From: Vicinamibacterales bacterium
GTDB lineage: Bacteria > Acidobacteriota > Vicinamibacteria > Vicinamibacterales > UBA2999
Assembly (NCBI GenBank): GCA_050185275.1
Contig: JBFWZN010000003.1
Coordinates: forward strand, 147,436 to 211,435
Length of the DNA stretch: 64,000 bases
Reading direction: 5' to 3'
In this document: one piece after another, positions 1 to 10,117 of the stretch
How positions within the stretch are numbered: position 1 is the first letter of the stretch
Layout of the letters: each line of letters starts with the position of its first letter
Position numbers and translations under genes: made by a program
The notes under the pieces: model-generated
Seen by the model: only the letters and a program-made list of their open reading frames with translations
Database searches by the model: none
What the model was told of the DNA's origin: nothing

Positions 1-80
1 TGCCCTCGCGTCAGGCCCCAGACGGGTTCGAGGCGCTGCAAGAGTATTGCGGGGTCTACCGCGCGGGTCCCGATGCCACG

Positions 81-1292
81 ATGGGTATCGACCGGTTCAT
101 CAACGACGGCGGGGATGGAGTGCTCCTGTGGACGGATCACGGGACAGGCGCCGTCCGGCGCATGTTCGAGGAGGCGCCGGACACGTATGCCACTGGACCC
201 GCATTCAATACGCGAGACCCACTGCAGCGGATGTTCCGCTTCCAGCGGGACGACCGCGGGCGTCTCGTCGGTGTTGTCGCGCAGCCGATCGCCGGGGCCG
301 GTATCGAGATCCCGAAGGACGACACGCGGGACGTCGCGATCACGTTCAGCCAGGGCGACGCCATGCTGCAGGGGACGCTCATCCTGCCAGAGGGCGTGGG
401 GCCACATCCGGCCATCCTGCTGCTGCACGGTTCCGGTCCGTTGACGCGCTACTCCTTTGGTCCCTATCCTCGCTTCTTCAGCGCGCTTGGCTTTGCCGTC
501 CTGGTTTTCGACAAGCGTGGCACGGGAGCCTCGACAGGATGGCGCGTGGATGCCTCGACTGGCGCCCCGGACGAGCTGTCCCCCGCGTTCTACCCGGACG
601 ACCTGCTGGCCGACGCCCTGGCCGCCGAGGCGCTCCTGCGGAGCCGTTCCGACATCGACGGGCAGCGCATCGGCTTCTGGGGGTCGAGCGAGGGAGGCAT
701 GCTGGCGACGCAGGTGCCGGCACACTCGGCGGACGTCGCCTTTGCGATCAACTCCTCAGGGTTCATGGGGCCGTTGTGGCAGACGCTCCTGTACCAGGCC
801 GAGATCAACCTTCGTGCAACGGGGCATCCCGAACGCGAGATCGAGGAGGCCCTCGCGTTCAACCGGTTCGCGTTGAGCGTGGCCCGCACCGGCGATGGCT
901 ACCAGGCATTCCTCGCTCGGCGCGACGAGCTGGTGCGGACTGGCCGGGAAGACTGGCTGACCTGGTATCTCGACGAGTACACCTCACTCGCGCAGATGCG
1001 ATGGTCGTGGGACCACGTGTTGGCGTTCGATCCGTTGGCGACGCTCCGTGACGTCTCGTGTCCCGTGCTCGGGGTGTTCGGTCAGTTCGACCAATCGACC
1101 GACGCGTCCGTGGCGCCCGTGGCGATGCGCGACGCGCTGGTGGCCGGCGGGAATCCGAACGTCACAGTCCGGGTCATCCCCAGCGCGAGTCACTCGCTCA
1201 TGGAGAAGCATGGGTTCGGGGAGCCGAACGGAAGCCGACTCGCACCTGGTGTCCTCGTCCTCCTCCGCGAGTGGCTGGCTCGGGCTGTGTAG
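81..1292 (+). CDS. alpha/beta-fold hydrolase (dienelactone hydrolase / S9-like)
   Basis: 403-aa ORF with an LLLHGSGP motif. Nucleophile elbow G-x-S-x-G is present in GFWGSSEGG. A C-terminal SASHSL region supplies a candidate histidine. Confidence 0.7.
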   Translation: MGIDRFINDGGDGVLLWTDHGTGAVRRMFEEAPDTYATGPAFNTRDPLQRMFRFQRDDRGRLVGVVAQPIAGAGIEIPKDDTRDVAITFSQGDAMLQGTLILPEGVGPHPAILLLHGSGPLTRYSFGPYPRFFSALGFAVLVFDKRGTGASTGWRVDASTGAPDELSPAFYPDDLLADALAAEALLRSRSDIDGQRIGFWGSSEGGMLATQVPAHSADVAFAINSSGFMGPLWQTLLYQAEINLRATGHPEREIEEALAFNRFALSVARTGDGYQAFLARRDELVRTGREDWLTWYLDEYTSLAQMRWSWDHVLAFDPLATLRDVSCPVLGVFGQFDQSTDASVAPVAMRDALVAGGNPNVTVRVIPSASHSLMEKHGFGEPNGSRLAPGVLVLLREWLARAV

Positions 1293-1471
1293 CCAGCGAC
1301 GCCTCCGCCCGTTGCTGGCTCGCGGGTAGAATAGGCGCTCGGCGGCCTGCATTTCTGTTCGGTGCGGGACGCCGGCCGATGCCGAGGCCTCGCACAGGGG
1401 CCTGCCGCAGGCACCGGTGGCAGTGCATCCGGGGCCGTCCCTCATGGGGCGACGATCGCGGACGACGACGC

Positions 1472-1561
1472 GGAGGGATGGCCGAGTGGTTTAAGGCGGC
1501 GGTCTTGAAAACCGTTGGCTCCGAAAGGGGCCCGGGGGTTCGAATCCCTCTCCCTCCGCCA
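1472..1561 (+). tRNA. tRNA-Ser (anticodon UGA), with encoded CCA
   Basis: Acceptor stem GGAGGGA pairs with TCCCTCC, followed by discriminator G and CCA. D-arm is GCCGAGTGGTTTAAGGC. Anticodon stem GCGGT/ACCGT carries loop CTTGAAA. A long variable arm is typical of class II tRNAs. T-loop is GGTTCGAATCC. Confidence 0.88.
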
Positions 1562-1756
1562 CAGACGGCTGGTCCATTCCGGTCACATGGGTGACGGATT
1601 GTTCCGACGACAGGGGTAAGACTCTCGGGCCGGACGGATCGGCACCAGACGGCCGGTAGTCGCGGAATCCCAGCAATACACATCGGTGCTGTTCGACTGT
1701 CCTTGCTTTCGCCGTGGAGCACGCCAACACTTGCGCACTCGCAGCTGGGAGGCTCC

Positions 1757-2929
1757 ATGTCACAGCGCTACGCCCCGACGCCAGACGAACGCCGCGCCCT
1801 CGAACACCTCGCCGAAGCCGTGGTCGGCGTGCAACAGACCCTCGTCGACAATCATCCCAGGCTGACGCAACCGGATCGCGGCGCGCACCAGCCGCAGCTC
1901 GGCGCGGGCACGGTCCACTTGGGCGTGGACGACAACCTGCCCCCCGAACTCGACGGGCTCGGCATCTTCACGCCCACCGGTGCCACGCCGCGCATCGGCA
2001 TTGGGCGCATGTCGAACGGTCTTGGCTGTCCGCACGCCGAGACAGACGCCGACTTCCTCGGCCTAATGGTGGCGTTTCGCGCCCCGGACGGGCGCCGCGT
2101 GGATTTCATCACCATCAACGATCCGGGCGCACCGACGGACACGCCCACGGAGTTCGTCGCCCTGCTCAAGGCCACGGCCGCCGCCGCCGTGGGCAACGAT
2201 GGCGCCGGGCTCGTCAACGTGCTGGCGTCGCAGACGCGGCTCCTCGCGGGACTGGTGCGCCACGCCGGCCTTCGCGCGCCGGCCATTGCCGCGCAGGTGA
2301 TTCGGCAGACCGGGCGCACCACGCGGTCGAGCACGGCCTATCAGCCGTACTGGACTGGCGTGGTCCGTGCGCGCGACGTTCTCGGCAAGTTCACCTTCGT
2401 GCCGGCGCACGACGTCAACGAGCACCGGCCCCTTCAGGCCGGCGCTCGCTATCTGACCGAGGACTGGACGCGCCGCCAGGCGACCGGGCCGCTCGAGTTC
2501 CGGCTGTATTGGATTCCGTTTCTCGACGAGGCCAGGACCCCGCTGAAGGACCTGACGCGCGGATGGGAAGAAGACCACCGCACCAGGGTCGGCACGGTCA
2601 CGTTCCCGGTCGCCGATCCGGCGGCGCGGGAAACCTCACTCGTCGCGCTGCTCGCCACCGAGATGGGCGCCAACCAGGGCAACTGGATCGAGGACGACCG
2701 TGGCGGCGCGGCGCCCGACCTTCCGGCCACCGAGTACACGGCGGCACGATTCCTCGCCTACCGCGTCAGTCAGCGCATGCGCAACGCACTGCCGGAGGCT
2801 CTGTACGCGTCGTTCTTCGAGACCGGCGCCATCGAGCCAGCGCTGGAGGCCGAGCTCCTGAAACGGTACCAGCAGAAGCGCGCGGCCGGTCATCACGTCC
2901 CGGAGGTTGGCAACCTGCCGATCGGCTAG
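1757..2929 (+). CDS. catalase-related haem protein (small catalase-like family), putative
   Basis: GGGAGG RBS lies before the ATG at 1757. GTVHLG resembles the distal-His region (catalase VVHAxG). RMSNGLG resembles catalase RFS. ARFLAYRVSQRMR resembles the proximal-Tyr motif R-x-F-x-Y-x-x-x-Q-x-x-R. Confidence 0.5.
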   Translation: MSQRYAPTPDERRALEHLAEAVVGVQQTLVDNHPRLTQPDRGAHQPQLGAGTVHLGVDDNLPPELDGLGIFTPTGATPRIGIGRMSNGLGCPHAETDADFLGLMVAFRAPDGRRVDFITINDPGAPTDTPTEFVALLKATAAAAVGNDGAGLVNVLASQTRLLAGLVRHAGLRAPAIAAQVIRQTGRTTRSSTAYQPYWTGVVRARDVLGKFTFVPAHDVNEHRPLQAGARYLTEDWTRRQATGPLEFRLYWIPFLDEARTPLKDLTRGWEEDHRTRVGTVTFPVADPAARETSLVALLATEMGANQGNWIEDDRGGAAPDLPATEYTAARFLAYRVSQRMRNALPEALYASFFETGAIEPALEAELLKRYQQKRAAGHHVPEVGNLPIG

Positions 2930-3074
2930 CCCGCGCCCTCCTCCGCCCCGGCTCGACGCCGTGTCGTCGAGCGCCAGGACGGAGGTGTGGCTGGTTCGGC
3001 TGAGAACGTCCCCGGTAAGTGAGTTACCGGCAGGTGTTCGTGGAGTAGCGGAGACGATCGGACAGAACCGACGA

Positions 3075-3746
3075 CTACCCGACGGCCGACGCGAACCGAC
3101 GCGTCAGGCGCCACGAGAACGCCAGCGCACCTATCGCCAACAGCAGCGCGAGTCCGGGCTCTGGCACCGCCTGGAAGTTGGCGCTGGTGAAGTCTCCGAG
3201 CGCGGCCTGGCCAGCCGCACCAGTCATGTTCGTGAAACGCACGAGAATCGCCAGGTCGGCGGTGGGATCGGTCAGGTCGGTGGAGAACACCAGCCTCGGC
3301 AGGTCGAGCCCTTGGTTGAAGTAGATGAAGAACCCGGCACCAGGAGTTGTGACGGCGCCGGCAATCAGGTTCGCGGCGGTCCCCGCGTTGAAGGACGTCG
3401 CCAGGTTGTTGTCGTTGTCGAACGTCCGCAGCACGACGACGTTCGCGCCCGACGCGGGCACGCTCCCGATCTCCGCGTTCGCGACGCTGACAGCCGGGCC
3501 GAATCCATAGACCGCGTACGTTGCGAGATCGATGGCGATCGTGTCCGTGGCGGGATCGAACGCGGTGAAGGGCTCCCCACCGACGATCTGACGGCCCGGT
3601 GTCGTCAGCGCCGTCGATCCGGCAAATGGGTCGGTATCGAGCGTGATGACGGCTGCGGATGAGACGGCCGGGACTACCGCCGTCACGACCGTCGCCAGAG
3701 CGAGCAGCCAGCGACGAACCGGCCCTCTAGTGTGTGGCGTAGACAT
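3075..3746 (-). CDS. PEP-CTERM sorting-domain secreted protein
   Basis: N-terminal signal peptide MSTPHTRGPVRRWLLALATVVTAVVPAVSSAA. C-terminal VPEPGLALLLAIGALAFSWRLTRR is a PEP motif plus TM segment plus basic tail. The longer ORF upstream of 3746 was not used. Confidence 0.75.
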   Translation of the reverse strand: MSTPHTRGPVRRWLLALATVVTAVVPAVSSAAVITLDTDPFAGSTALTTPGRQIVGGEPFTAFDPATDTIAIDLATYAVYGFGPAVSVANAEIGSVPASGANVVVLRTFDNDNNLATSFNAGTAANLIAGAVTTPGAGFFIYFNQGLDLPRLVFSTDLTDPTADLAILVRFTNMTGAAGQAALGDFTSANFQAVPEPGLALLLAIGALAFSWRLTRRFASAVG

Positions 3747-4071
3747 CTGCGTACTCTCCTGTTTCCTGCGACAGCGAACGGCGCGACAGAACCTGCAACT
3801 AAATTCGAGTGCGCCGCCTTGCAATACAGATACCTGAGCCTGAACCTGGGCAATTTCCAGAATATTGCCCTGATGCGCACAGTTGAGTCGTCGCCCTGGA
3901 GGACTTAATGTCCGATGTCGGATGACAACGGAAGCACGGGGTGATGCTGAGCACCGGAGTACTCCGGATGCCGCTGGCGAATCCCAGCGAGGGCACGAGG
4001 TCGAAGGAACGCTGTCCCCCCTCTCGTATAATCCGCGCCAACCGGTTTCGTCCGACCGTGGTGAGGTGCCC

Positions 4072-5745
4072 ATGCGTACGCTTCTAGCCGTTGGCCTCAG
4101 CCTGGCTCTCGCAGCCTCGGCTGCGGCTCAGAACTCCCTCGTGTCGCTGCCGGAGGGTCACGAGTTCACCAATCCCGAGCGCGGGCCATTCTCGCTGTCT
4201 CCGGACGGAACGTCGTTGGTCTACCTGGCCAGGGCCACGGTATTCGTGAGGGCCATCGGAGGCGGTGCGTCGACGCTCATCCCGGGACCGCTCCAGGGAC
4301 GCGGCAAGAGCAATCCGGTGTTCTCTCCCGATGGGCGTCAGATTCTCTACTGGGCGCAAGACGACTCAGTGCTTCAACGCGTGGCGGTGTCCGGCGGCAC
4401 ACCCGTCACCATCGCGCGAGTGGGGAATCCGCTCGGCCTCAGTTGGGGTGAGGACGGACAGATCCTGGTTGGTGCCGGCCCCGATGGCGTCCAACGCGTG
4501 CAGGCATCAGGCGGTGTGGTGGAGACGATCATTCGGCTCGCACCGGGTGAATCGGCACGCCAGCCCCAGATGCTCCCTGGCGGAGACCTCGTCCTCTTCA
4601 CGCTCGCCGTGGGGACACCGACCAACTGGGAGCAGGCGCGCGTTGTCGTGCAGTCGCTGCGATCGGGGAACCGAACGGTGGTGACCTCCGGGCGTGACGC
4701 CCGGTTCGTGCCCTCCGGGCATCTCGTCTACGTCGCGGGTACGACGCTCGTGGCCTCGGCCTTCGACGCGCGCACGCTCGTCGCAGGACCACCGACGACC
4801 CTCGCCCCCTCTATTGCGTCGAACGCCGGTACTGGCGGGGCCTTGCTCAGCGTGGCCGCCAACGGGGCATTGGCGTATGTCAGCAACAACGTCGCACCAA
4901 TACAGCTCGAGCGCGTCGGGCTCGATGGAACGAGGCGCAAGCTCGGCGCTGTTCCAGCGGGCACCACCGCGCCGCGGGTGTCCCACGACGGCACAACGGT
5001 CACCTTTGCCGCAGCGGGGGACATCTACGTTGCAGACCTCGAGAACGTGGCCGGCGCGAAGAAGGTCATCGCCAACGGCACCTTCCCGCTCTTCAGCCCT
5101 GACGGTCAGTGGCTCGCGTTCGGCTCGCTGGGCACCACGCGAAACAACGGCGAGGAACGCTTGTTCATGCAACGCGCCGACGGCTCGGGCGAGGCGGAGT
5201 TGATCGTCAAGCCAGGTCGGGCCCCGGAACACTGGCGCGAGGGCGACCAGGGATTCACGTTCATCACGCATCGCGGCGGCGCCAACAACTACGATCTCTG
5301 GGTGTACGCGCCCGACAAGAAGGAAGTCGAGCCGCTCGTCGTCGTCAACGAGTCCGCTCAACTGAGCAGCGCGCTGTCTCCCGACCGGAAGTGGTTTGCC
5401 TACATGTCGTCCGAGTCGGGCGATTGGCAGATCTACGTGCAGCCGTATCCGGCGACCGGCGCGAAGTATCAGGCGACCACGACCGGAGGTCGCTCACCGA
5501 TGTGGACGGCGGACGGACGCCTCGTCTACGACAACGACGGGAAGCTCTTCGCCATTGCCACGACCCTCGGTGCACAGCCCCGGTTCGGCTCGCCGGTCGA
5601 GTTGCCGGTGGGAGGGCACATCCAGCCGCTCCTTCGGCGCAATTGGGACATGATGCCGAACGGCATGGAAATGCTCATGCTCTTTCGCCCGGGCCCCGCC
5701 ATTCAGGTCGTCCGCGACTGGACGGGTACGGTCCCGGCCCGTTGA
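4072..5745 (+). CDS. TolB-like / PD40 beta-propeller repeat secreted protein
   Basis: Signal peptide MRTLLAVGLSLALAASAAAQ. Repeated PD40-type motifs FSPDGRQILY, LFSPDGQWLAF and LSPDRKWFAY. GTGAGGTG lies upstream of the ATG at 4072. Confidence 0.7.
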   Translation: MRTLLAVGLSLALAASAAAQNSLVSLPEGHEFTNPERGPFSLSPDGTSLVYLARATVFVRAIGGGASTLIPGPLQGRGKSNPVFSPDGRQILYWAQDDSVLQRVAVSGGTPVTIARVGNPLGLSWGEDGQILVGAGPDGVQRVQASGGVVETIIRLAPGESARQPQMLPGGDLVLFTLAVGTPTNWEQARVVVQSLRSGNRTVVTSGRDARFVPSGHLVYVAGTTLVASAFDARTLVAGPPTTLAPSIASNAGTGGALLSVAANGALAYVSNNVAPIQLERVGLDGTRRKLGAVPAGTTAPRVSHDGTTVTFAAAGDIYVADLENVAGAKKVIANGTFPLFSPDGQWLAFGSLGTTRNNGEERLFMQRADGSGEAELIVKPGRAPEHWREGDQGFTFITHRGGANNYDLWVYAPDKKEVEPLVVVNESAQLSSALSPDRKWFAYMSSESGDWQIYVQPYPATGAKYQATTTGGRSPMWTADGRLVYDNDGKLFAIATTLGAQPRFGSPVELPVGGHIQPLLRRNWDMMPNGMEMLMLFRPGPAIQVVRDWTGTVPAR

Positions 5746-6016
5746 TGGGCACGGCGCCATGATGTACGCCCTGCGCGTTGCAGATCTGCATGGCGCGCCG
5801 GGCTGCTCCTGCGGTCTCTGCACTGCGCCTTGACCACCGCGGTGCCGACCCCGCCGATCGGACCAGGAGGCGCCTGGCGCTCTACGGCAATGTCACCAAG
5901 GCGGACGTCGCTGCGGCCGAGTACCTAGTGAACTCGGGTGTACCCGTCGTGCCGTTCGCCACGCCGATTGCGACGACGGTGGAGCAGTGGGGGTCCCTTC
6001 GGCGCTGGTCATGTCA

Positions 6017-6649
6017 TCAGCGGGCGCGAAACGGCACAGGGTCCGCTTCGTCGAGCACCCGACGGTAGTCGTCGGGAGTGTCCACGTCGACTCCGGCCTC
6101 GGGGCAGTCGACCACATGCGTCCGGTCGGTCTGCCTGGCGATGAGGCCCTTGCACCCTTCGCCCGGAGTGAGCTGTCGCAGGAGCAGGGCGCACGGCCCC
6201 GAGAAGAGCGCGGGCACGCCAACGGTGCCGAGATACCTGGATGCGACGATCGGCATGCCCGTCGCGTGCTGCGCGACGAGCAAACGTGCCACCGACGCAC
6301 GGTCGACGAGGGGCTGGTCGGCCAGCATGATCACCACGCGCTCGGCTCCGAGGTCGAGCGCCGCCGTTGCGCCGGCCCGGATGGACGTGCCGATGCCGTC
6401 GCTCCATTCCGGGTTCTCGACGAGCTGCGCCCGCACGCCGGCCAGCGCATCGCGGACGTGCGAGTGGTGCGCCCCAACGACCACGATGGCGTGATCCACG
6501 CCGGCCTCGAGCGCGGCGTTCACGGCGCGTCGAACCAGAGGCTCGCCACGGAAGGCGAGCACCTGCTTGGCACGTCCCATCCGCGTGGCGCCACCGGCGG
6601 CAAGCACGACGGCGGCAGAGCGCGCTGCGTCACGACGCCCGGCTGGCAC
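6017..6649 (-). CDS. MobA/MocA-like molybdenum cofactor nucleotidyltransferase
   Basis: AAVVLAAGGATRMGRAKQVLAFRGEPLV is the LAAGxSxRMG signature. It lies downstream of xdhC in the same operon. The start is uncertain: GTG at 6649 was chosen, and ATG at 6727 or 6763 is possible. Confidence 0.7.
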   Translation of the reverse strand: MPAGRRDAARSAAVVLAAGGATRMGRAKQVLAFRGEPLVRRAVNAALEAGVDHAIVVVGAHHSHVRDALAGVRAQLVENPEWSDGIGTSIRAGATAALDLGAERVVIMLADQPLVDRASVARLLVAQHATGMPIVASRYLGTVGVPALFSGPCALLLRQLTPGEGCKGLIARQTDRTHVVDCPEAGVDVDTPDDYRRVLDEADPVPFRAR

Positions 6650-7805
6650 CGATGACCTCGCAGAACCGCGGCCGTTCACCCCGCGTCGAGCCGACTGGGG
6701 TCGTACCGGCTTCTCGGACCGCGGCATGAATCGGCTCCAGCCGCCCGCGGAGCTCGCCTCCACGACGTCCGGCGATCACGGCCTGCACCTCCGCTGCGAT
6801 CGAGAGCGCCACACCGGCAGGGTCGTCTCCGCCGATGTCGTGCCCGATGGGCGCGTGGACCCACGACGGGACCGGCACACCAATCTCCCGGAAGAGCCGC
6901 TCGCTGCGGGCCCGCGGGCCGAGCAGTCCCAGGTACCTGGGGCGGCGGTCGAGAAGCGGCGGAAGCAGGCGCCGATCCAGGGGATAGTTGTGGGTCATCA
7001 TCACCACCACGGAGCTCTGGTCGATGTCGAGGTCGGCCGGCACCTCGCCTCGTCTCAAGAGCACCAGGCGCGTCGCGCCCGGGAATCGGTCGGTGGTTGC
7101 GTAGGCCGGCCGCCCGTCGGCCACCGTGACGCGCCAGCCGAGTGTCCTCGCCATCGACACGAGCGGCACCGCATCGTCTCCAGCGCCAAACACCACGACA
7201 TCCGGAGGCACCGCGAGCACCTCGACGAAGGCCTCACAGTCGTCGATCCGCGCCAGGCAGGACCGGCTGTCTGCCAAGCTCCGCGCGGCGTGCCCTGCCA
7301 CCACCGCTTCCAGTGCCGAGGTCGCGAGCGACCCGCCGCAGACCCCGGCAGCATCGACGAGCAATCGATCCCCGACCGCGCGACCGGAGCGACCCGTCGC
7401 AATCACGGTCGCCACCGCTGCCGGTGTACGGCTGCGGAGACGACCGTCGAGAAACGCCAGAGCCGACTCGGCCTCTGGCGTCCGTATTCGCTCGAGCAGG
7501 ACGTGGACCTGCCCGTTGCACCCGAGCCCGAACTCCCACGACCCATCGTCGTCGTCGCTCGTGTCGTAGATGCGAACGAGGGGCTGGCCCGACTCGGTGA
7601 GCCACCAGCACTTCCGCGCGAGATCCCCCTCGAGGCAGCCACCGCTGATGGTGCCCACCCGTCGGCCGTCGCGCAGGACGAGCATGCGTGCGCCGGGCCT
7701 TCGGTACGCGGAGCCGGTGACGTGTACCACCGTTGCCAGCACCGCGTCCTCGCCCCGCTCACGCAGCCCGCGCCATGCCCCGAGAACGGCGTCAAGCTCG
7801 CTCAT
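6630..7805 (-). CDS. XdhC/CoxI-family molybdoenzyme maturation factor
   Basis: N-terminus AVLATVVHVTGSAYRRPGARMLV...GTISGGCLEGDL is the typical XdhC_CoxI domain. The second half is Rossmann-like (VVVFGAGDDAVPL). Confidence 0.85.
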   Translation of the reverse strand: MSELDAVLGAWRGLRERGEDAVLATVVHVTGSAYRRPGARMLVLRDGRRVGTISGGCLEGDLARKCWWLTESGQPLVRIYDTSDDDDGSWEFGLGCNGQVHVLLERIRTPEAESALAFLDGRLRSRTPAAVATVIATGRSGRAVGDRLLVDAAGVCGGSLATSALEAVVAGHAARSLADSRSCLARIDDCEAFVEVLAVPPDVVVFGAGDDAVPLVSMARTLGWRVTVADGRPAYATTDRFPGATRLVLLRRGEVPADLDIDQSSVVVMMTHNYPLDRRLLPPLLDRRPRYLGLLGPRARSERLFREIGVPVPSWVHAPIGHDIGGDDPAGVALSIAAEVQAVIAGRRGGELRGRLEPIHAAVREAGTTPVGSTRGERPRFCEVIGASRAS

Positions 7806-7808
7806 GGC

Positions 7809-10100
7809 TCAGAGCCCACCCATGCGCGCCGTGGGGAAGAGCGGCAGGGTGCGAATGCGCCGTCCGCCCAGCGTGTAGCAGGCCGCCGCCAGCGCCGGCG
7901 CAAAGGTCGGCACACCAAGCTCGCCCGCCCCGCCGATGGCCGCGGTGCGATCCGCCACCGACGGATTCTGGAGGATCGTCACGTCGACATCCGGCATCTC
8001 GTTCAGCCGGATCATCCGACTGCTGTTGAAGTTCTTCACCTGGGCCGCGCCGTTTACGAACGTCTGCCGGCCGAACAGCGTGGCGTTCAGGCCGTGCACC
8101 ATACCGCCAACGAGCTGCGCTTCGATTGAGCCAGGGTTGACGGCCAGGTAGCAGTCGATCGCGATCCACACCTTGTTGATGCGCACGCTGGTTGTCGTAA
8201 GGTTCGAGGCCTCGACGACCTGCGCCACGATGCTGCCGAAGGCCGTGCCGATGGCGATGCCACGGGCGCGCCCTGCACGCGGTGGCGACAGCCAGCCGGA
8301 GCGGTCAGCCACCGCATCGAGCACCTGCATCCACCGTGAATCGGTGAGCAGCCCTCGCCGGAACAGATACGGATCCTGGGAGGCAGCCTCCGCGAGTTCG
8401 TCGATCATCGATTCGACGGCAAACGTGTTGAGCGAGGCGCCGACCGAGCGCCAGAATCCCACCGGGATGGGCGACGGGTGGGCAACGTACTCGATGGCCC
8501 GGGTGCCGAACGCGTACGGCAGGTGGGTGGCACCCTCGATGCCCTGGCTGTCGCCGAGGGCCCCGAGGACTCGACCGCGCTGTCCCAGGATGGATGGCGA
8601 CACGTTGCGATACGAGAAGCCGGTGACGTTGCCATCCTGAGCGAGACCCGCCCGCGCGCGGATGATCGCCATGGGGCGGTACTGGTCGTGCGTGAAGTCT
8701 TCCTCACGAGGCCACATCAGCTTCACGGGCCGGCCAACGGCCATGGCCACCTGAACGGCCTGGCTCACGAAGTCGTTCTCCGCCTTTCGCCCGAGGCCGC
8801 CGCCGAGATATGTAGTGTGCACGGTCACCCGGTCCGGCGACAGTCCCGTCAGCGCCACCACCAGGCCCAGGACGGATGTGGCCGACTGCGTCGGGGCGTA
8901 CACGTCGCACCGGACACCCGGCACATAGTCCACCGTGCAGTTGAGGACCTCCATGCATGCATGCGCGACGTATGGCAGCGAGTACACCGACTCGACGATG
9001 GTCGGCGACCCGTCAATGGCCGCCGTCGTGCTGCCCGCTTCACCCTCCACGGTGTACACGGTACCGGGCGGATTCTCACCGCCGGGGACGAAGGGCGTCC
9101 CCCCAGACGAGAGCGCCAGGCCGTCTGCCAGGAACCTATCGCTGCTGAGCGCCGAGGCATTCGCCGGCAGCCGCCAGGACACCTTGAGCCGTTTCGCGGC
9201 CTGCCACGCATCCCACGTGTTGGTCCCCACAACGGCCACGGCATTGACGTTGCCGACCGCCTCGCCTCCCCGCTCCGTACCGGCCACGATCTGCGTGGGA
9301 ACCACTGCAATCGTTCCGCTTGGACGCGAGGGCGTTCTGGCCAGTGTGCCTCCGATGCTCGGCGCGTGGCGGATCACGGCGTAGACCATGTTGGGCAACC
9401 GGATGTCGATGCCGTACTTCGCGCTGCCATCGACCTTGGCTGGAATGTCCAGCCTGGGCACGGTGCGGCCAATCACCGCGAACTCGGCGTCCGGCACGAG
9501 CGGCGCACTGGCGGGAGGAGGCAGGGCTGCTGCGTCGGCCGCCACCTCGCCGTAGGTGAGCGTTTGCCCGGAGGGGGCGTGTGTGATCACACCGTCCTGC
9601 ACCAGGTAGCGTGCACGATCCTTGTCGCCGATTCGGTTCATGGCCGCCTGCACGAGCATTTCGCGTGCGGCCGCGCCGGCATCGCGCATCCGCCAGAAGT
9701 TCCTCCGGATGACGCTGCTACCCACCGTGTTGATGGCCGAACCCACCGGCGCAGGGCTGACCAGTGTCGGGCCTCCCTGCACGGCGCGGATCCGCGAGTA
9801 GTCCACCATCAGATCTTCCGAGAGAATCTGCGCCAGGCCTGAGAAGGAGCCCTCGCCCATCTCCGACGAGCCGATGGTGAGGGTGATGCTGTTGTCGGCT
9901 CCGATCTCGAGCCAGCTGTTGACGGTGGCTCCCGTCGCGGCTGGCGGCGGGGGTACGCCTGCTTCTGCAAGGTCTACCCGGGAGAGGTTCTGCAGCACGA
10001 AGCCGAGCACCAGGCCGCCACCGGTGCGTACCAGGAAGTCCCGCCTGCTCACTCCGCGCGTGTCGCGTCCCGCTGATACATCAATCGTTCTGGTCGTCAC
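7809..10100 (-). CDS. xanthine dehydrogenase-family molybdopterin-binding subunit (IorB / aldehyde oxidoreductase large subunit-like), Tat-exported
   Basis: Twin-arginine signal SRRDFLVRTGGGLVLG. The body is about 760 aa and typical of IorB-like proteins. AAGGAG RBS lies 6 nt before the GTG at 10100. It sits immediately downstream of the 2Fe-2S subunit gene. Confidence 0.85.
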   Translation of the reverse strand: MTTRTIDVSAGRDTRGVSRRDFLVRTGGGLVLGFVLQNLSRVDLAEAGVPPPPAATGATVNSWLEIGADNSITLTIGSSEMGEGSFSGLAQILSEDLMVDYSRIRAVQGGPTLVSPAPVGSAINTVGSSVIRRNFWRMRDAGAAAREMLVQAAMNRIGDKDRARYLVQDGVITHAPSGQTLTYGEVAADAAALPPPASAPLVPDAEFAVIGRTVPRLDIPAKVDGSAKYGIDIRLPNMVYAVIRHAPSIGGTLARTPSRPSGTIAVVPTQIVAGTERGGEAVGNVNAVAVVGTNTWDAWQAAKRLKVSWRLPANASALSSDRFLADGLALSSGGTPFVPGGENPPGTVYTVEGEAGSTTAAIDGSPTIVESVYSLPYVAHACMEVLNCTVDYVPGVRCDVYAPTQSATSVLGLVVALTGLSPDRVTVHTTYLGGGLGRKAENDFVSQAVQVAMAVGRPVKLMWPREEDFTHDQYRPMAIIRARAGLAQDGNVTGFSYRNVSPSILGQRGRVLGALGDSQGIEGATHLPYAFGTRAIEYVAHPSPIPVGFWRSVGASLNTFAVESMIDELAEAASQDPYLFRRGLLTDSRWMQVLDAVADRSGWLSPPRAGRARGIAIGTAFGSIVAQVVEASNLTTTSVRINKVWIAIDCYLAVNPGSIEAQLVGGMVHGLNATLFGRQTFVNGAAQVKNFNSSRMIRLNEMPDVDVTILQNPSVADRTAAIGGAGELGVPTFAPALAAACYTLGGRRIRTLPLFPTARMGGL

Positions 10101-10117
10101 GGTCTGGCTCCTTCGGA

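Noticed and set aside
1472-3000. tRNA-Ser as an integration site for a genomic island
   Set aside because: There is no integrase, no repeat of the tRNA 3' end, and no compositional shift in the following genes. The defence island lies 15 kb away and is not tRNA-linked.
6567-9842. 520-aa (6567-8129) and 454-aa (8478-9842) plus-strand ORFs
   Set aside because: They are antisense to xdhC and the molybdopterin subunit gene. No motifs are present, and the minus-strand genes are strongly supported.
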